Shown: piece by piece, positions 19,754 through 29,335 of the stretch
How positions within the stretch are numbered: the stretch's first letter is position 1
Layout of the letters: the number at the start of each line of letters is the position of its first letter
Assembly (NCBI GenBank): GCA_963793305.1
Contig: CAWBZV010000003.1
Location: 224,001 to 288,000, forward strand
DNA: 64,000 nt
Direction of reading: 5' to 3'
Source: an uncultured Gemmatimonadales bacterium
GTDB taxonomy: Bacteria; Gemmatimonadota; Gemmatimonadetes; Gemmatimonadales; Gemmatimonadaceae
Notes under the pieces: model-generated
The model's database searches: none
The model's input: the letters and a program-made list of their open reading frames with translations, nothing else
What the model was told of the DNA's origin: nothing
Position numbers and translations under genes: made by a program

Positions 19754-19963
19754 ATGCGGAAGCCACGCCCGAACACATACAATCCAGCCCAGGCGCTGCA
19801 TTTGATTGCCAGCGACCGGAACGGATCTCCACTGAGTTGTCCGTCTTGCTCCGGTCCAATCGAGCGCGATCCGGGCCGATTTCCGCCCCCTCCCAAGTCT
19901 CACGTCACGCTGAAGTGCACCCGCTGTGGCCGGTTCGCCCGCTATATCGCCGGGGCCGCCTGA
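19754..19963 (+). CDS. Small zinc-ribbon protein
   Basis: SD GAGGAGG; CPSC...CTRC. Confidence 0.65.
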   Translation: MRKPRPNTYNPAQALHLIASDRNGSPLSCPSCSGPIERDPGRFPPPPKSHVTLKCTRCGRFARYIAGAA

Positions 19964-20078
19964 CCCACTCTTCCCCGTTTCGGCAGGATTTTTGCGCTCT
20001 CCGTTTAGCTTGGATGTATGGAGGCCCAGGTTAGAGCGTAACAGTCAGCCCCGGTAGGGGAAGAAGAGGAATGGTTTC

Positions 20079-20285
20079 ATGGCACGTCTCAACGGCACTG
20101 TGAAGTGGTTCAACGACGCGAAGGGCTTCGGCTTTATCTCCCGTGAGGGAGGACCGGACGTCTTCGTCCACTTCAGCGCGATCCAAGGCAACGGGTTCAA
20201 ATCCCTGTCCGAAGGCGACCGCGTGGAGTTCGAGATCGTACAGGGTCAAAAGGGTCCGCAAGCCGCAGACGTTATCAAGGCGTAA
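20079..20285 (+). CDS. Cold-shock protein (CspA family)
   Basis: [23 protein letters not shown]. Confidence 0.97.
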   Translation: MARLNGTVKWFNDAKGFGFISREGGPDVFVHFSAIQGNGFKSLSEGDRVEFEIVQGQKGPQAADVIKA

Positions 20286-20304
20286 CGGCGCCCGAGTCAC
20301 TGGT

Positions 20305-20336
20305 GACGCCCCAGGGCCTTTAGGCCATGGGGCGTT
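20305..20336 (+). terminator. Hairpin after csp gene, probable terminator
   Basis: CGCCCC-AGGGCC TTTA GGCC-ATGGGGCG. Confidence 0.5.
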
Positions 20337-20389
20337 GCCGTTAGGGGGCGCCGTGTTACGCATTGGCCCGGGTGGTCGTCCAATTCCAG

Positions 20390-21004
20390 ATGCGGTCCAT
20401 CCGTGTGCGTCACCTATTCGCGGGGTTAGCCGCCTGCAGCGCGGGCGCGGTGAGCGTTGGCGCGCAAGCGCCACGCGCTTTTCCGGCGCACATGCACCCG
20501 ACGGCCGTGACGACCACGCACCTGGTCGCTGTCCGCGGCGAGATCGACGGCGAGACGATTGTGAGCACGGCGAAGCACTATATCGGCGTGCCCTACGTCT
20601 TAGGCGGAACCACGCCGCGCGCATTCGACTGTTCCGGCTTCGTGCGCTACGTCTTCGCGCAGCACGGCATCCTGCTCCCGCGCACCGCCCACGAGCAGGC
20701 CGCACTCGGCGAAGCCCCGAACCCGGGTGACACCCTGCAAGCCGGCGATCTCCTGTTCTTCTACGGCGGCGAGGGCGCCCAGCACATCGCGATGTACGTG
20801 GGCGGCGACACGATCATTCACGCGTCGAGCGTCCACCATCACGTGCGGCTCGATGTGCTGACCCACTACGGGGTCCGCCGCAGCTGGTTCAACCAGCGCC
20901 TGATCGCCGTGCGCCGGCTGCTGCCGATGGAGGGCCTGTCGTACATCCGGACCTCGGCCCCGCCGTCGTACTCGCTCACCACCGCGAGCAGACCCGCACT
21001 ATGA
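20390..21004 (+). CDS. NlpC/P60 (C40) peptidase; start uncertain
   Basis: YIGVPYVLGG..FDCSGFV, GDLLFF, HIAMY, IIHASS. Confidence 0.92.
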   Translation: MRSIRVRHLFAGLAACSAGAVSVGAQAPRAFPAHMHPTAVTTTHLVAVRGEIDGETIVSTAKHYIGVPYVLGGTTPRAFDCSGFVRYVFAQHGILLPRTAHEQAALGEAPNPGDTLQAGDLLFFYGGEGAQHIAMYVGGDTIIHASSVHHHVRLDVLTHYGVRRSWFNQRLIAVRRLLPMEGLSYIRTSAPPSYSLTTASRPAL

Positions 21005-21270
21005 CGCTCGATCCCGAGCCGCTCTATACCCGCCAACTCCCTGGTGGCGGTTACGTCGTCATCGAGGCGACGCGGCACGACGCCGAGGTCAGCCTGCGCC
21101 TATACGTCGAGCGCCGGGTCGACCCGAAGCGCCGCACCGGCCACCAGCCACCGGTCGTGGCCGAGATCACGGGCGTCGATCGCGAGCGCGGGGTCCGCCA
21201 ACTGGTGCGGATCGCCGAGAACAACGTCGAAGTCGCCCGCGCCCTGCAGCGCTGGCAAATTAGTCGCTAG
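21001..21270 (+). CDS. Hypothetical protein
   Basis: ATGA overlap with the upstream gene; 89 aa. Confidence 0.65.
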   Translation: MTLDPEPLYTRQLPGGGYVVIEATRHDAEVSLRLYVERRVDPKRRTGHQPPVVAEITGVDRERGVRQLVRIAENNVEVARALQRWQISR

Positions 21271-21935
21271 TTGTAACTTATTAAATCGAACCGCAGCCCA
21301 CGCCGGACGCGACGCCGGCGCTTCGGCGCATAGCGAAAGAGCTGCGCGGGTCGTCCGCGTCCTTCGCTCCGCCACTCGTCCGTCGGCTCGACCAATGTCG
21401 CCGCCTGCAGCGCGCGCCGAAAGCTCGCCTTGTGCAGCCGCCGCCCAAGCATGATCTCGTAGACGCGCTGCAAGTCGCTCAGCGTGAACCGTTGCGGCAA
21501 AAGCCGAAACGCGACCGGCGTCGAATCGATCTTCTGTCGCGCGGAATCTGTGGATGCCTCGATAATGGCTCGTTGCCGTGGCGATAGTGGTGGCAATTCC
21601 ACTACTGGGAACCACGCACTCTCGTCATTCGATCGCGTGAGCGTCCCCACTGGTACCGCGCCAACGAACGCGATCGACAACTCGGCATCGCTCGGATGCC
21701 GCCGGCTATCCGCGAACGCGCCCACTTGATCCATCCAAGCGACCTGAGCCGTGACGACACTCCTGGCGACCCGTGCCGCCGCGTCCTCGAGCGTCGCGTC
21801 CCCGGCTTTGGCGACGCTCCACGGCAGCGACCACCGCTCGGCCGACCCCTGTGGTGATCGAACCAGCAGGACAGCCAGGTGTCGATCAAGCGGGGTCAGC
21901 AATACGACATCGACGGAGTAGCTCGGGCTACGCAT
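21267..21935 (-). CDS. NrtR-type Nudix-related transcriptional regulator
   Basis: Degenerate Nudix fold plus wHTH FTLSDLQRVYEIMLGRRLHKASFRR...GRPAQLF. Confidence 0.85.
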   Translation of the reverse strand: MRSPSYSVDVVLLTPLDRHLAVLLVRSPQGSAERWSLPWSVAKAGDATLEDAAARVARSVVTAQVAWMDQVGAFADSRRHPSDAELSIAFVGAVPVGTLTRSNDESAWFPVVELPPLSPRQRAIIEASTDSARQKIDSTPVAFRLLPQRFTLSDLQRVYEIMLGRRLHKASFRRALQAATLVEPTDEWRSEGRGRPAQLFRYAPKRRRRVRRGLRFDLISYN

Positions 21936-21968
21936 ATGCCCACTATTAGTTCTCCGTCGCGACTTAAA

Positions 21969-23729
21969 TCAAGGGGTTGACCCGGCTCCGTACGGCGCGT
22001 AAGGAGGGATCGAAATCGGCAGTCTCCCGGTCGCGGGCGCGAGCCCCAGGATCACTCGCGCGGCGGCTTGCTGCGACACGGGGAATCCGCCCCAGCCGAC
22101 GACATAATTCTGGGCCCACGGGATCTGCTGCAGGAAGTACGGGTTGCCGAGGGCGACGATGATCGGGCGCCGGAGCTTCTGCAGAAAAGAGATAACCGAT
22201 CCCGGCGCGTTGAGGCTCGCCGCATCCCAGCTCTGGGCGACATACGACGACACGATGACCACGTCGGCCGAGTCGGCCGTCGCCATCAGCGCATACGTGT
22301 CGCCCGGCTGGTCGGCGTCGACATACTCGGCCCGCAATCCGGGAAAATTCTGTCGCAGGACCGCGTTGAACGTGATGCCCGCGCCAAGGTCCGCCCGGCG
22401 CGCCACGGTGATGCTCAGGACCCGGGCATTCTTATTCAGTCTGCCAATCGGCAACTGGTGCAGCGAGTCCCGGACGATGGTTATCGACCGCTCGGCCACA
22501 GTTTTGGCCAGCGCCTGGTCGGCCGAGTCCCCAACGATATCGCTGATGCTATCGAGATCGACCAGCCGGTGCCGGTCCAAGTGCAGCGCGTGTTTCATGT
22601 TCAGCAGTCGCCGCACCGACTCGTCGAGCCGTGCCTCGGTATACCGCCCCTCGTGCACCCCATCGACAATCGCATTGATGGCTTGAGCCACGTCCTTCGG
22701 CTGAATGAGCACATCAGCTCCAGCCGCCACGGCGCGCTTCGCCGCTTCGACGGCGCCGTACTGTACCAGCACACCCTGCATATCCATGGCGTCAGAGATC
22801 ACGACCCCTTTGAACCCCAGCTCGCCTCTCAACAACCCGGTCAGCACCTTGGGAGATAACGTCCCGGGTGCGCCAGATGAATCGAGCGCCGGCATCGATC
22901 CATGGAACGACATAATGGCACCAACGCCAGCGCTGACCGCCGCACGGAATGGGACCAGTTCAACGGTGTCTAGACGAGCGCGCGAGACGTTTACGACCGG
23001 GAGTGCGAGGTGCGAGTTCGTCTCCGTGTCGCCATGACCGGGAAAATGTTTTCCGGTGGCGATCATCCCGTGATCTTGGAGTCCAGCGATAAACGCCCGG
23101 CCGAACGCTGCGTCGAGCGAGGGTGACTCTCCGTACGATCTCGTGTTGATCACCGGGTTGCTCGCGTTGTTGTTCACGTCGAGCACCGGTGCGTAGTCGA
23201 TATGTATGCCGAGCGCGCGCCCTTCGGCCGCCGTCACTCTGGCCTCTTCGTAGGCGAGCATCGTGTCGCGCGTAGCCCCGAATGCCATCTCCGGGGGAAA
23301 CACGACGGCGCCGCCCAGGTCTATGGCATTGGGCAGGAAGTACCCGCCCCGCGCCCGCTGGCCAGCGCCAAACTCCAGATCGGCGCCCACTAATAGAGGG
23401 ACCGCGGCGGATCGCTGCAGTGCGTTCAGCTTCTCGGCGATCTCGAGTGGGGAGCCTACCGAGACCGTGAGTCCGCCGACGCCTTCATCGACGACGTAGT
23501 GCCGAATGGCTCGCCACTGCGGCGAATCCGTGCTGACGAAGTCGCCGATCATGCTCGGCCAGACCATCTGCGCGGCCTTCTGGCGCAGAGTCATGCTCGC
23601 CATCACGGAATCCACCCACACGGCAGGTGGTGGCCTAAGCGCAGACGGCTGTGTCACGACAGGTCGAGTCCGTGCACAGCCGAGGGCGAACAGCGCGGCA
23701 GCCAGAGGCGCAGCGCGAAGCGCGCGCAT
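21969..23729 (-). CDS. GH3 beta-N-acetylglucosaminidase (lipoprotein)
   Basis: Lipobox LFALGC; APVLDVNNN, KHFPGHGDT..NSH, ISDAMDM. Confidence 0.92.
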   Translation of the reverse strand: MRALRAAPLAAALFALGCARTRPVVTQPSALRPPPAVWVDSVMASMTLRQKAAQMVWPSMIGDFVSTDSPQWRAIRHYVVDEGVGGLTVSVGSPLEIAEKLNALQRSAAVPLLVGADLEFGAGQRARGGYFLPNAIDLGGAVVFPPEMAFGATRDTMLAYEEARVTAAEGRALGIHIDYAPVLDVNNNASNPVINTRSYGESPSLDAAFGRAFIAGLQDHGMIATGKHFPGHGDTETNSHLALPVVNVSRARLDTVELVPFRAAVSAGVGAIMSFHGSMPALDSSGAPGTLSPKVLTGLLRGELGFKGVVISDAMDMQGVLVQYGAVEAAKRAVAAGADVLIQPKDVAQAINAIVDGVHEGRYTEARLDESVRRLLNMKHALHLDRHRLVDLDSISDIVGDSADQALAKTVAERSITIVRDSLHQLPIGRLNKNARVLSITVARRADLGAGITFNAVLRQNFPGLRAEYVDADQPGDTYALMATADSADVVIVSSYVAQSWDAASLNAPGSVISFLQKLRRPIIVALGNPYFLQQIPWAQNYVVGWGGFPVSQQAAARVILGLAPATGRLPISIPPYAPYGAGSTP

Positions 23730-23734
23730 GGCGC

Positions 23735-24004
23735 TTACCAGTTGATAGTTCCCTGCTTCGACGTGTCCACGTCTTCCTGACGCCCGGACTTGAACAAAAA
23801 CGCGTCCAGGTTCCGCGTCAGGAATTGTCTCGCCTGGGGATCCATGACATTCAACCCGTAGTGGTTGATGAGCATAGTCTGCTGTTTGAGCCACTGACCC
23901 CAGCACTCTTTGCAGATCTCCGCGACGATGCGCTGCCCCAGGGCGCCGGGAAATGGCGCCTTCTCGAATCCCTCGCGAGACTGGCCGCAACGGGTACAGG
24001 TCAC
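23735..24004 (-). CDS. Fe(II)-trafficking / oxidative-damage protection protein (YggX family)
   Basis: PFPGALGQRI...CWGQWLKQQTMLINHYGLN. Confidence 0.88.
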   Translation of the reverse strand: MTCTRCGQSREGFEKAPFPGALGQRIVAEICKECWGQWLKQQTMLINHYGLNVMDPQARQFLTRNLDAFLFKSGRQEDVDTSKQGTINW

Positions 24005-24005
24005 T

Positions 24006-24761
24006 TTACGCGGTCACACGGGCGTATTGGACCTTGGCCAGGCGAACGAGCGCCAGGAGGCGGATATAGAACCAGCCCACATCGAACTCGAACCACTTGG
24101 CCTTGAACTTGGCCGAGTGCGGATCGGCGTGGTGGTTGTTGTGGAGCTCTTCGCCGCCGAGCCAGATCGCCAGTGGCACGATGTTCCGGCTCTCGTCCTT
24201 GACGTCGAAGCTCCGGTAGCCGATCGCGTGGCCAATGCCGTTGATCACGCCGGCAGCCCAGAACGGGATCCAGATCATCTGCACGGCCCAGACGATCGCG
24301 CCGATCATGAGGCCGAAGAGATAGAGGTCGATCCCGAGGAGCAGGACAATGCCGAGCGTGTTACGGCGAGTCAGGAGGTGGCGCTCGAGCCAGTCGTTCG
24401 GCGTGCCCTTGCCGTACTTCTCCAGCACGCCGGGCTGGCCAATGGTCTTCCGGTAATAGAAGGCACCCTTGATCAGGATGTTGCGCAGCCCTTCGAGGAG
24501 CGGGCTGTGCGGATCACCCTCGCGGTCGGCAAACGCGTGGTGCTTGCGGTGCACGGCGACCCACTCCTTCGTGACGATCGACGTGGTCAGCCAGAGCCAG
24601 ATCCGCATGGGGATCGACGCGATCGCGTGGAAGGTCACGCTGCAATGCGTTTGCGAGCGGTGCAGAAACAAAGTCACGCACACGTTGGTGATGTGTCCCA
24701 TCACGACCACGACCACGATCGGGATCCACCAGTGTGACGACAAGATGCCGTAGAAGGGCAT
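24006..24761 (-). CDS. Fatty acid (delta-9-type) desaturase
   Basis: His boxes LHRSQTH, HRKHH, LHNNHH. Confidence 0.93.
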   Translation of the reverse strand: MPFYGILSSHWWIPIVVVVVMGHITNVCVTLFLHRSQTHCSVTFHAIASIPMRIWLWLTTSIVTKEWVAVHRKHHAFADREGDPHSPLLEGLRNILIKGAFYYRKTIGQPGVLEKYGKGTPNDWLERHLLTRRNTLGIVLLLGIDLYLFGLMIGAIVWAVQMIWIPFWAAGVINGIGHAIGYRSFDVKDESRNIVPLAIWLGGEELHNNHHADPHSAKFKAKWFEFDVGWFYIRLLALVRLAKVQYARVTA

Positions 24762-24828
24762 TCACATTCCTCGAAGATGAGTCGACGCTACTTGAACTTA
24801 GCGGATTTTCCCGCTTCGCGCGACCGGC

Positions 24829-26691
24829 CTACTTATTGACGCTCGGTGCGTTCAATCCGGCACTCGGTGGAGCGCCCCACGTGTCATTCGCCGGATTCCA
24901 GTCGGGCACCATGCCATCCGGCCAGAGCCGCGCGCCAGTCACCGCGCTTTTGACAGTGACTACCGCCTTGAACACGTTTCCGCGCGACCAAATGTCGACG
25001 GGCAGGTGAACGTCTTGCGTCGACCCATTGGCGAGCGCCAATCGCATGGACACGGGAAACACGATCGACGTGTTCTTGCTCAGGGTCACGACCGCCACCT
25101 CCGCACCGTCCTGCTCGCTGTTCACGACGTTGTCGATGCCGATATCCAGCACGTCGGTCGAGTAAAAGAACCCGCGCCAGAACCACGACAAATCCTGTCC
25201 CGACACGTTCTCCATCGTCCGGAAGAAGTCGGCCGGTGTTGGATGCTTGAACGCCCAGCGATGGACGTACTCCCGCATGGCGCGGTCCATGGTCTCGCGA
25301 CCGATGACATTGTTCCGCAGCGTGAGCAGCACCGCGCCGGGTTTGCGGTAGCCGACCGCGTCGTAGCCCTTTTCGCTGATGTGGTCGGGCGCGGTCATGA
25401 GCGGCGTCTGGGAGCCGTTGTCGACGGCGGCTTTCCAGTCAGCCAGGTATGTGCTCCAGACTGACGTCCCGGGATACCGGGCGTCATTCGCGAACGCATT
25501 CATGTACGTGTTGATCCCTTCATCCATCCACGCATAGCGCCGCTCGTTCGACCCGACGATCATCGGGAACCACTCGTGCCCTTGCTCGTGATTGAGCACG
25601 CGGAAGATCGATTGCGGATCGTCGGTGCCGTAGGGCACCATCACGAACATCGGATACTCCATCCCCGTGAGCGTCCCCGTGACCGTGGTCGCTTGCGGGT
25701 ACGGGTATGGATACAGAAGCTCCGAGTACTGCCGGATGGTCCACTGCGTCATCTCGGCGGCGGACTCCCAGCTTTTGTGTGCCTTGGCGATCTGGTAGTA
25801 CGCCTGGCAGAGAACGCCGTGCCAACTCGTCGCATCCCACCGGAAATCCGGCGCGGCCGCCCACGCCACATCTCTCACGCGCACGGCTCTGAATCGCCAC
25901 GTTTTCGTGCCCCGCGTCGTCTTGGCGACCGCCTCTGAATCCGCGATGATGGCAATGACCGCGCTCGATTCGCTCGCGCGCGCCAATCGCGACTGTTGGG
26001 TGGATGTCAGGACGTCGCGAGCATTTTGTAGAGTCCCGGAGCCCGCGACCGTGTAGCCGGCCGGTACCGTTACCGAGTAGTCGATATCCCCGTACTCGAG
26101 ATAGAACTCGCCTTGGCCGAGGTACTGATCGACGTTCCACCCGCGAACGTCATCATAGACGGCCATGCGGGGATACCACTGGGCGATCGTGTACAATGTC
26201 CCGTCGCGACCCATGCGATCCGAGCCGTGCACCGGCACGACGAACGAGTACGCCACCGCAATCGTGATCGTGCCGCCATGCGGCGGAAGCGGCGACGCGA
26301 GATCGAGCCGCATCATGGTGTCGTGGATCTTGGGCTCGACGCGCACCCCATCGACCTTCACGTCGGACAACGTGTACCCGCCATCAGTGTCCGTGGCGAA
26401 CAGGTACGACCCCTCGCTGCCCGCACGAAACAGATTCTGATCGAGTTGCATCCAGACGAACCGCAATGTGTCCGGCGAGTTGTTCGTGTACCGCACGGTC
26501 ACGGATCCGGTCACACGCTTTGCCCCGGTGTCGAGCGCGGCGGCGATCGTGTAGTCGGCCCGCTGCTGCCAATACTCTGGGCCGGGCTCGCCCGTCGACG
26601 ATCGATACGCGTTCGGCCCAGGCCAATCGTCGCGCTCTTGAGCCTGGGCCGTCACCGCGCCGAGGAGCAACACAGCGATCAGAGCTTTCAT
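24829..26691 (-). CDS. M1-family metallopeptidase
   Basis: YWQQRADY, GMEYPM, HEQGHEWF...WMDEG. Confidence 0.93.
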   Translation of the reverse strand: MKALIAVLLLGAVTAQAQERDDWPGPNAYRSSTGEPGPEYWQQRADYTIAAALDTGAKRVTGSVTVRYTNNSPDTLRFVWMQLDQNLFRAGSEGSYLFATDTDGGYTLSDVKVDGVRVEPKIHDTMMRLDLASPLPPHGGTITIAVAYSFVVPVHGSDRMGRDGTLYTIAQWYPRMAVYDDVRGWNVDQYLGQGEFYLEYGDIDYSVTVPAGYTVAGSGTLQNARDVLTSTQQSRLARASESSAVIAIIADSEAVAKTTRGTKTWRFRAVRVRDVAWAAAPDFRWDATSWHGVLCQAYYQIAKAHKSWESAAEMTQWTIRQYSELLYPYPYPQATTVTGTLTGMEYPMFVMVPYGTDDPQSIFRVLNHEQGHEWFPMIVGSNERRYAWMDEGINTYMNAFANDARYPGTSVWSTYLADWKAAVDNGSQTPLMTAPDHISEKGYDAVGYRKPGAVLLTLRNNVIGRETMDRAMREYVHRWAFKHPTPADFFRTMENVSGQDLSWFWRGFFYSTDVLDIGIDNVVNSEQDGAEVAVVTLSKNTSIVFPVSMRLALANGSTQDVHLPVDIWSRGNVFKAVVTVKSAVTGARLWPDGMVPDWNPANDTWGAPPSAGLNAPSVNK

Positions 26692-28052
26692 ATCACCACG
26701 GCAAGAGTGTCGACCCGTCCGGTCGCCTCATCGATGATGGCGACACGGTGGGCATTGGTGTCCGCGACATACACTTTGCCGTCGTGATACACCACACCAC
26801 TCGGCTCGGCGAGCCCACGCACCCAGGTATCAACCCGGCGCGTCGCGGGATCGACCCACTTGATGGCGTCATTGTACGAATCCGTAATGAGCAGCCGGCC
26901 ATCGGGATGCCGCGCGATGCCCTGGGGATGCTCGAGCCGGACCTCGTCGCCCACGCCGTCCTTGTCGCCGAAGTCAAAGAGCCCAGTCCCGACTATCGTC
27001 TGCACCCTCGCATTGGCTCCCAGCGTGGCGTACCGGACGGCACTCGACTCCGCGTCCACAAAGTCCAGCCGGTCGCCACCGCCCACGATGCCCATGGGCT
27101 GTGCCAGCAATGCCGCCTGAGCAGGGCCGTCAACGATGTCTTCCCCGGGCGCGCCGGCGAAGAGCGAAGCGTGGCCGCCCTCGATGCGCCAGATCTGATG
27201 TCGCCCGGCGCCGGCTACATAGACGGCTGGCCCGACGACAGTGAGGTCCCAGGGTGAAGAGATGCGTCCCGCGATGGGCTCCATAGTTCCGCGGGAGAGA
27301 TCCCCGACTACCACCCGATGGTTCGCCCGATCCGCGATGTACAGCCGGTCGCCAGCAAACGCGACGCCCTGAGGAGACGCTAGCCCGTTGAACTCGCGCT
27401 CGACCCGCATCGCAGTGCCACCCTCGCCGAGCCGGCCGACGAGCACACGGTCGTGCCCGCTATCGGCGATGGCAATGCGATCGCCGTCGATCGTGACCTT
27501 GCCGGGGTACCGAAGGACACCAGGGGCGATTGCCGGATCATCGGGCGGGAAATGCCGAGGTGTCCGGTCGATCAGCCCGTCTGGATCGAACGCTCCAATA
27601 AGCCGCTCGATAAACGGCTCCAGCATCTCGCTCGTGAACTCACCGGCATGCGACCCGACGACATACCCGGTCGGATCGACGGCCACGACCGTCGGCCACG
27701 CCCGCACGGCGTAGCTCCGCCAGATGCGAAACTGCCGATCGTTGACGATCGGATGGAGGTTGTCCAGGCGTAACGCCGCCTCGCGGATGCGCGGCGTCTC
27801 GCGCTCGGCGATGAACTTGCCGCTCTCCACGCCGATGATCGCGATCTCGCGAGGGAACTGCCGCTCGAGCTCCCGCAACTGCGGGAGTACGTGAATGCAG
27901 TTGATTCAGCCGTAGGTCCAGAAGTCGAGCAGGACGATCTTCCCCTTGAACATATCCAGGGTCAGCGCCTGCCCGCCGGTGTTGATCCAATCGAGGCCGG
28001 ACGGGAACTGCGGGGCCCGGACGCGCGGCTGCGTCATCTCTCGTTCAGTCAT
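26688..28052 (-). CDS. Thioredoxin-like + NHL-repeat protein with in-frame TGA at the CxxC site (candidate selenoprotein, UxxC)
   Basis: ORFs 27906-28136 and 26688-27878 are in one frame: LLDFWTYG-TGA-INCIHVLPQL; NHL repeats downstream. Confidence 0.88.
27870..27887 (-). other. Candidate bacterial SECIS hairpin
   Basis: CTCCCGC-AGTT-GCGGGAG, stem starting 18 nt 3' of the TGA; G in second loop position. Confidence 0.6.
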
Positions 28053-28737
28053 ATGGGAAGAGTAGCAACTCGCCCGCGGGGAAGTCGAAGACGGTGATCC
28101 ATCGACAGAAGAGGTCGGCGCCCAGCGAGCCCGCAATTTTCATATCGCTCGGTCGCACCTCGACCGACTCCGTCACGGTCACGCCGCCAGGTAGTGACAC
28201 AGTGAGATCCACGCGGCCGTTCGGTCCCGGTACAAAGGAAGTCTGCTGGTACCCGATCATGAAACGCTGACCACCGATGGTCACGAAGTTGCCCTTGAAC
28301 GGGAGGCGACTCACGGGACCATCCAGTGACAGGGCGTCGCGAGTGGTCGCGAAGGCCATGGCCGGCACGGATGCGTCGATGGCCACGACACCGTCGTGGA
28401 AAAACTTCATGCACAGGAATCCGCCAATGGGAGGATCTCCGAAGCGGTACTCTTGGCCGACCACCGCGCGCGTACCCGTGACCGTACGACCGAACGCCGA
28501 TAGCGCCCTGATCTCAGTGAAACGATTCGGGCCCTCGGCGCTCACTGCCAGCCCGCGGTCCTGAGCGTACGATTCATACAGAAAGCAATCGAACGTGCGG
28601 CCGTTCGAGAACATCAGCTGGACCGGCTCGTCGTCGATGCGCGCGGGAATGAATACGACGCCGCCGGAGTTCGTCCGACAGCGAACCATCTCCTCCACGG
28701 TGAAACCCAGCTTTTCGAGCCGCGTTGACCAGCTCAT
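28045..28737 (-). CDS. Hypothetical protein, degenerate tandem retropepsin-like fold
   Basis: VFIPARIDDEPVQLMFSNG, GGFLCMKFF, GSLGADLF...VFDFPAGELLL. Confidence 0.55.
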   Translation of the reverse strand: MSWSTRLEKLGFTVEEMVRCRTNSGGVVFIPARIDDEPVQLMFSNGRTFDCFLYESYAQDRGLAVSAEGPNRFTEIRALSAFGRTVTGTRAVVGQEYRFGDPPIGGFLCMKFFHDGVVAIDASVPAMAFATTRDALSLDGPVSRLPFKGNFVTIGGQRFMIGYQQTSFVPGPNGRVDLTVSLPGGVTVTESVEVRPSDMKIAGSLGADLFCRWITVFDFPAGELLLFPYD

Positions 28738-28747
28738 TGGTCGCCTC

Positions 28748-29335
28748 ATGTGGCGTGTGTTCCGGCACCGCGCCCATAGTATGGTCATCGGCGGCATGAA
28801 TGTCTTCACGTCCGACGATTCCGACATGGGCCGGGCGGTCGCCTTGCGCGCCCGCCTCGGACTCGCGCTGGACCTCATCGACCAATACGCGCCGCGAATC
28901 GGGGTCCGGCTACGCCGCAACGTCGTCGCCATCTTCCTCTGGCGAGTCGGAGGCACGTCGTACAACCCCTACACGCGAGTGATCCTGGTGGACGTGCGGT
29001 GGGGCATGATAGGGGAGCTCGAAGATCTGGCCCTCTCCCTGGTACACGAGGCGACGCATGCGCGGCAAATGACGATGGGGCTGCGCAAGCTGCGGCGCGG
29101 CAAAGGTCTCGAGCGGCGCATGGAGGCGCACGCGGTCGCCGCGAGCATCGCCTTTGCCGACCGGCTGCCGCCCGGCAGGTGGCGGAAGCCCACGCTCGCG
29201 GATCTCGACAAGAAGTGGTGGACGCTCGAGAACCTGGAGGCGCGACTGACGAAGGATGTGAAGGAGATTGGCGTGCCCGCCGAAGCAATCCGGATGGTGG
29301 CCGGAGCCATGCGAATGCTCGGGCTGCGGCAATGA
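28748..29335 (+). CDS. Hypothetical HExxH (zincin-like) protein; start uncertain (28748 or 28781)
   Basis: LALSLVHEATHARQ...RMEAHA; ATGA overlap with the next gene. Confidence 0.6.
   Translation: MWRVFRHRAHSMVIGGMNVFTSDDSDMGRAVALRARLGLALDLIDQYAPRIGVRLRRNVVAIFLWRVGGTSYNPYTRVILVDVRWGMIGELEDLALSLVHEATHARQMTMGLRKLRRGKGLERRMEAHAVAASIAFADRLPPGRWRKPTLADLDKKWWTLENLEARLTKDVKEIGVPAEAIRMVAGAMRMLGLRQ

Noticed and set aside
21967..21979. IHF consensus AATCAAGGGGTTG
   Set aside because: Overlaps the GH3 stop codon with no supporting promoter context; may be chance
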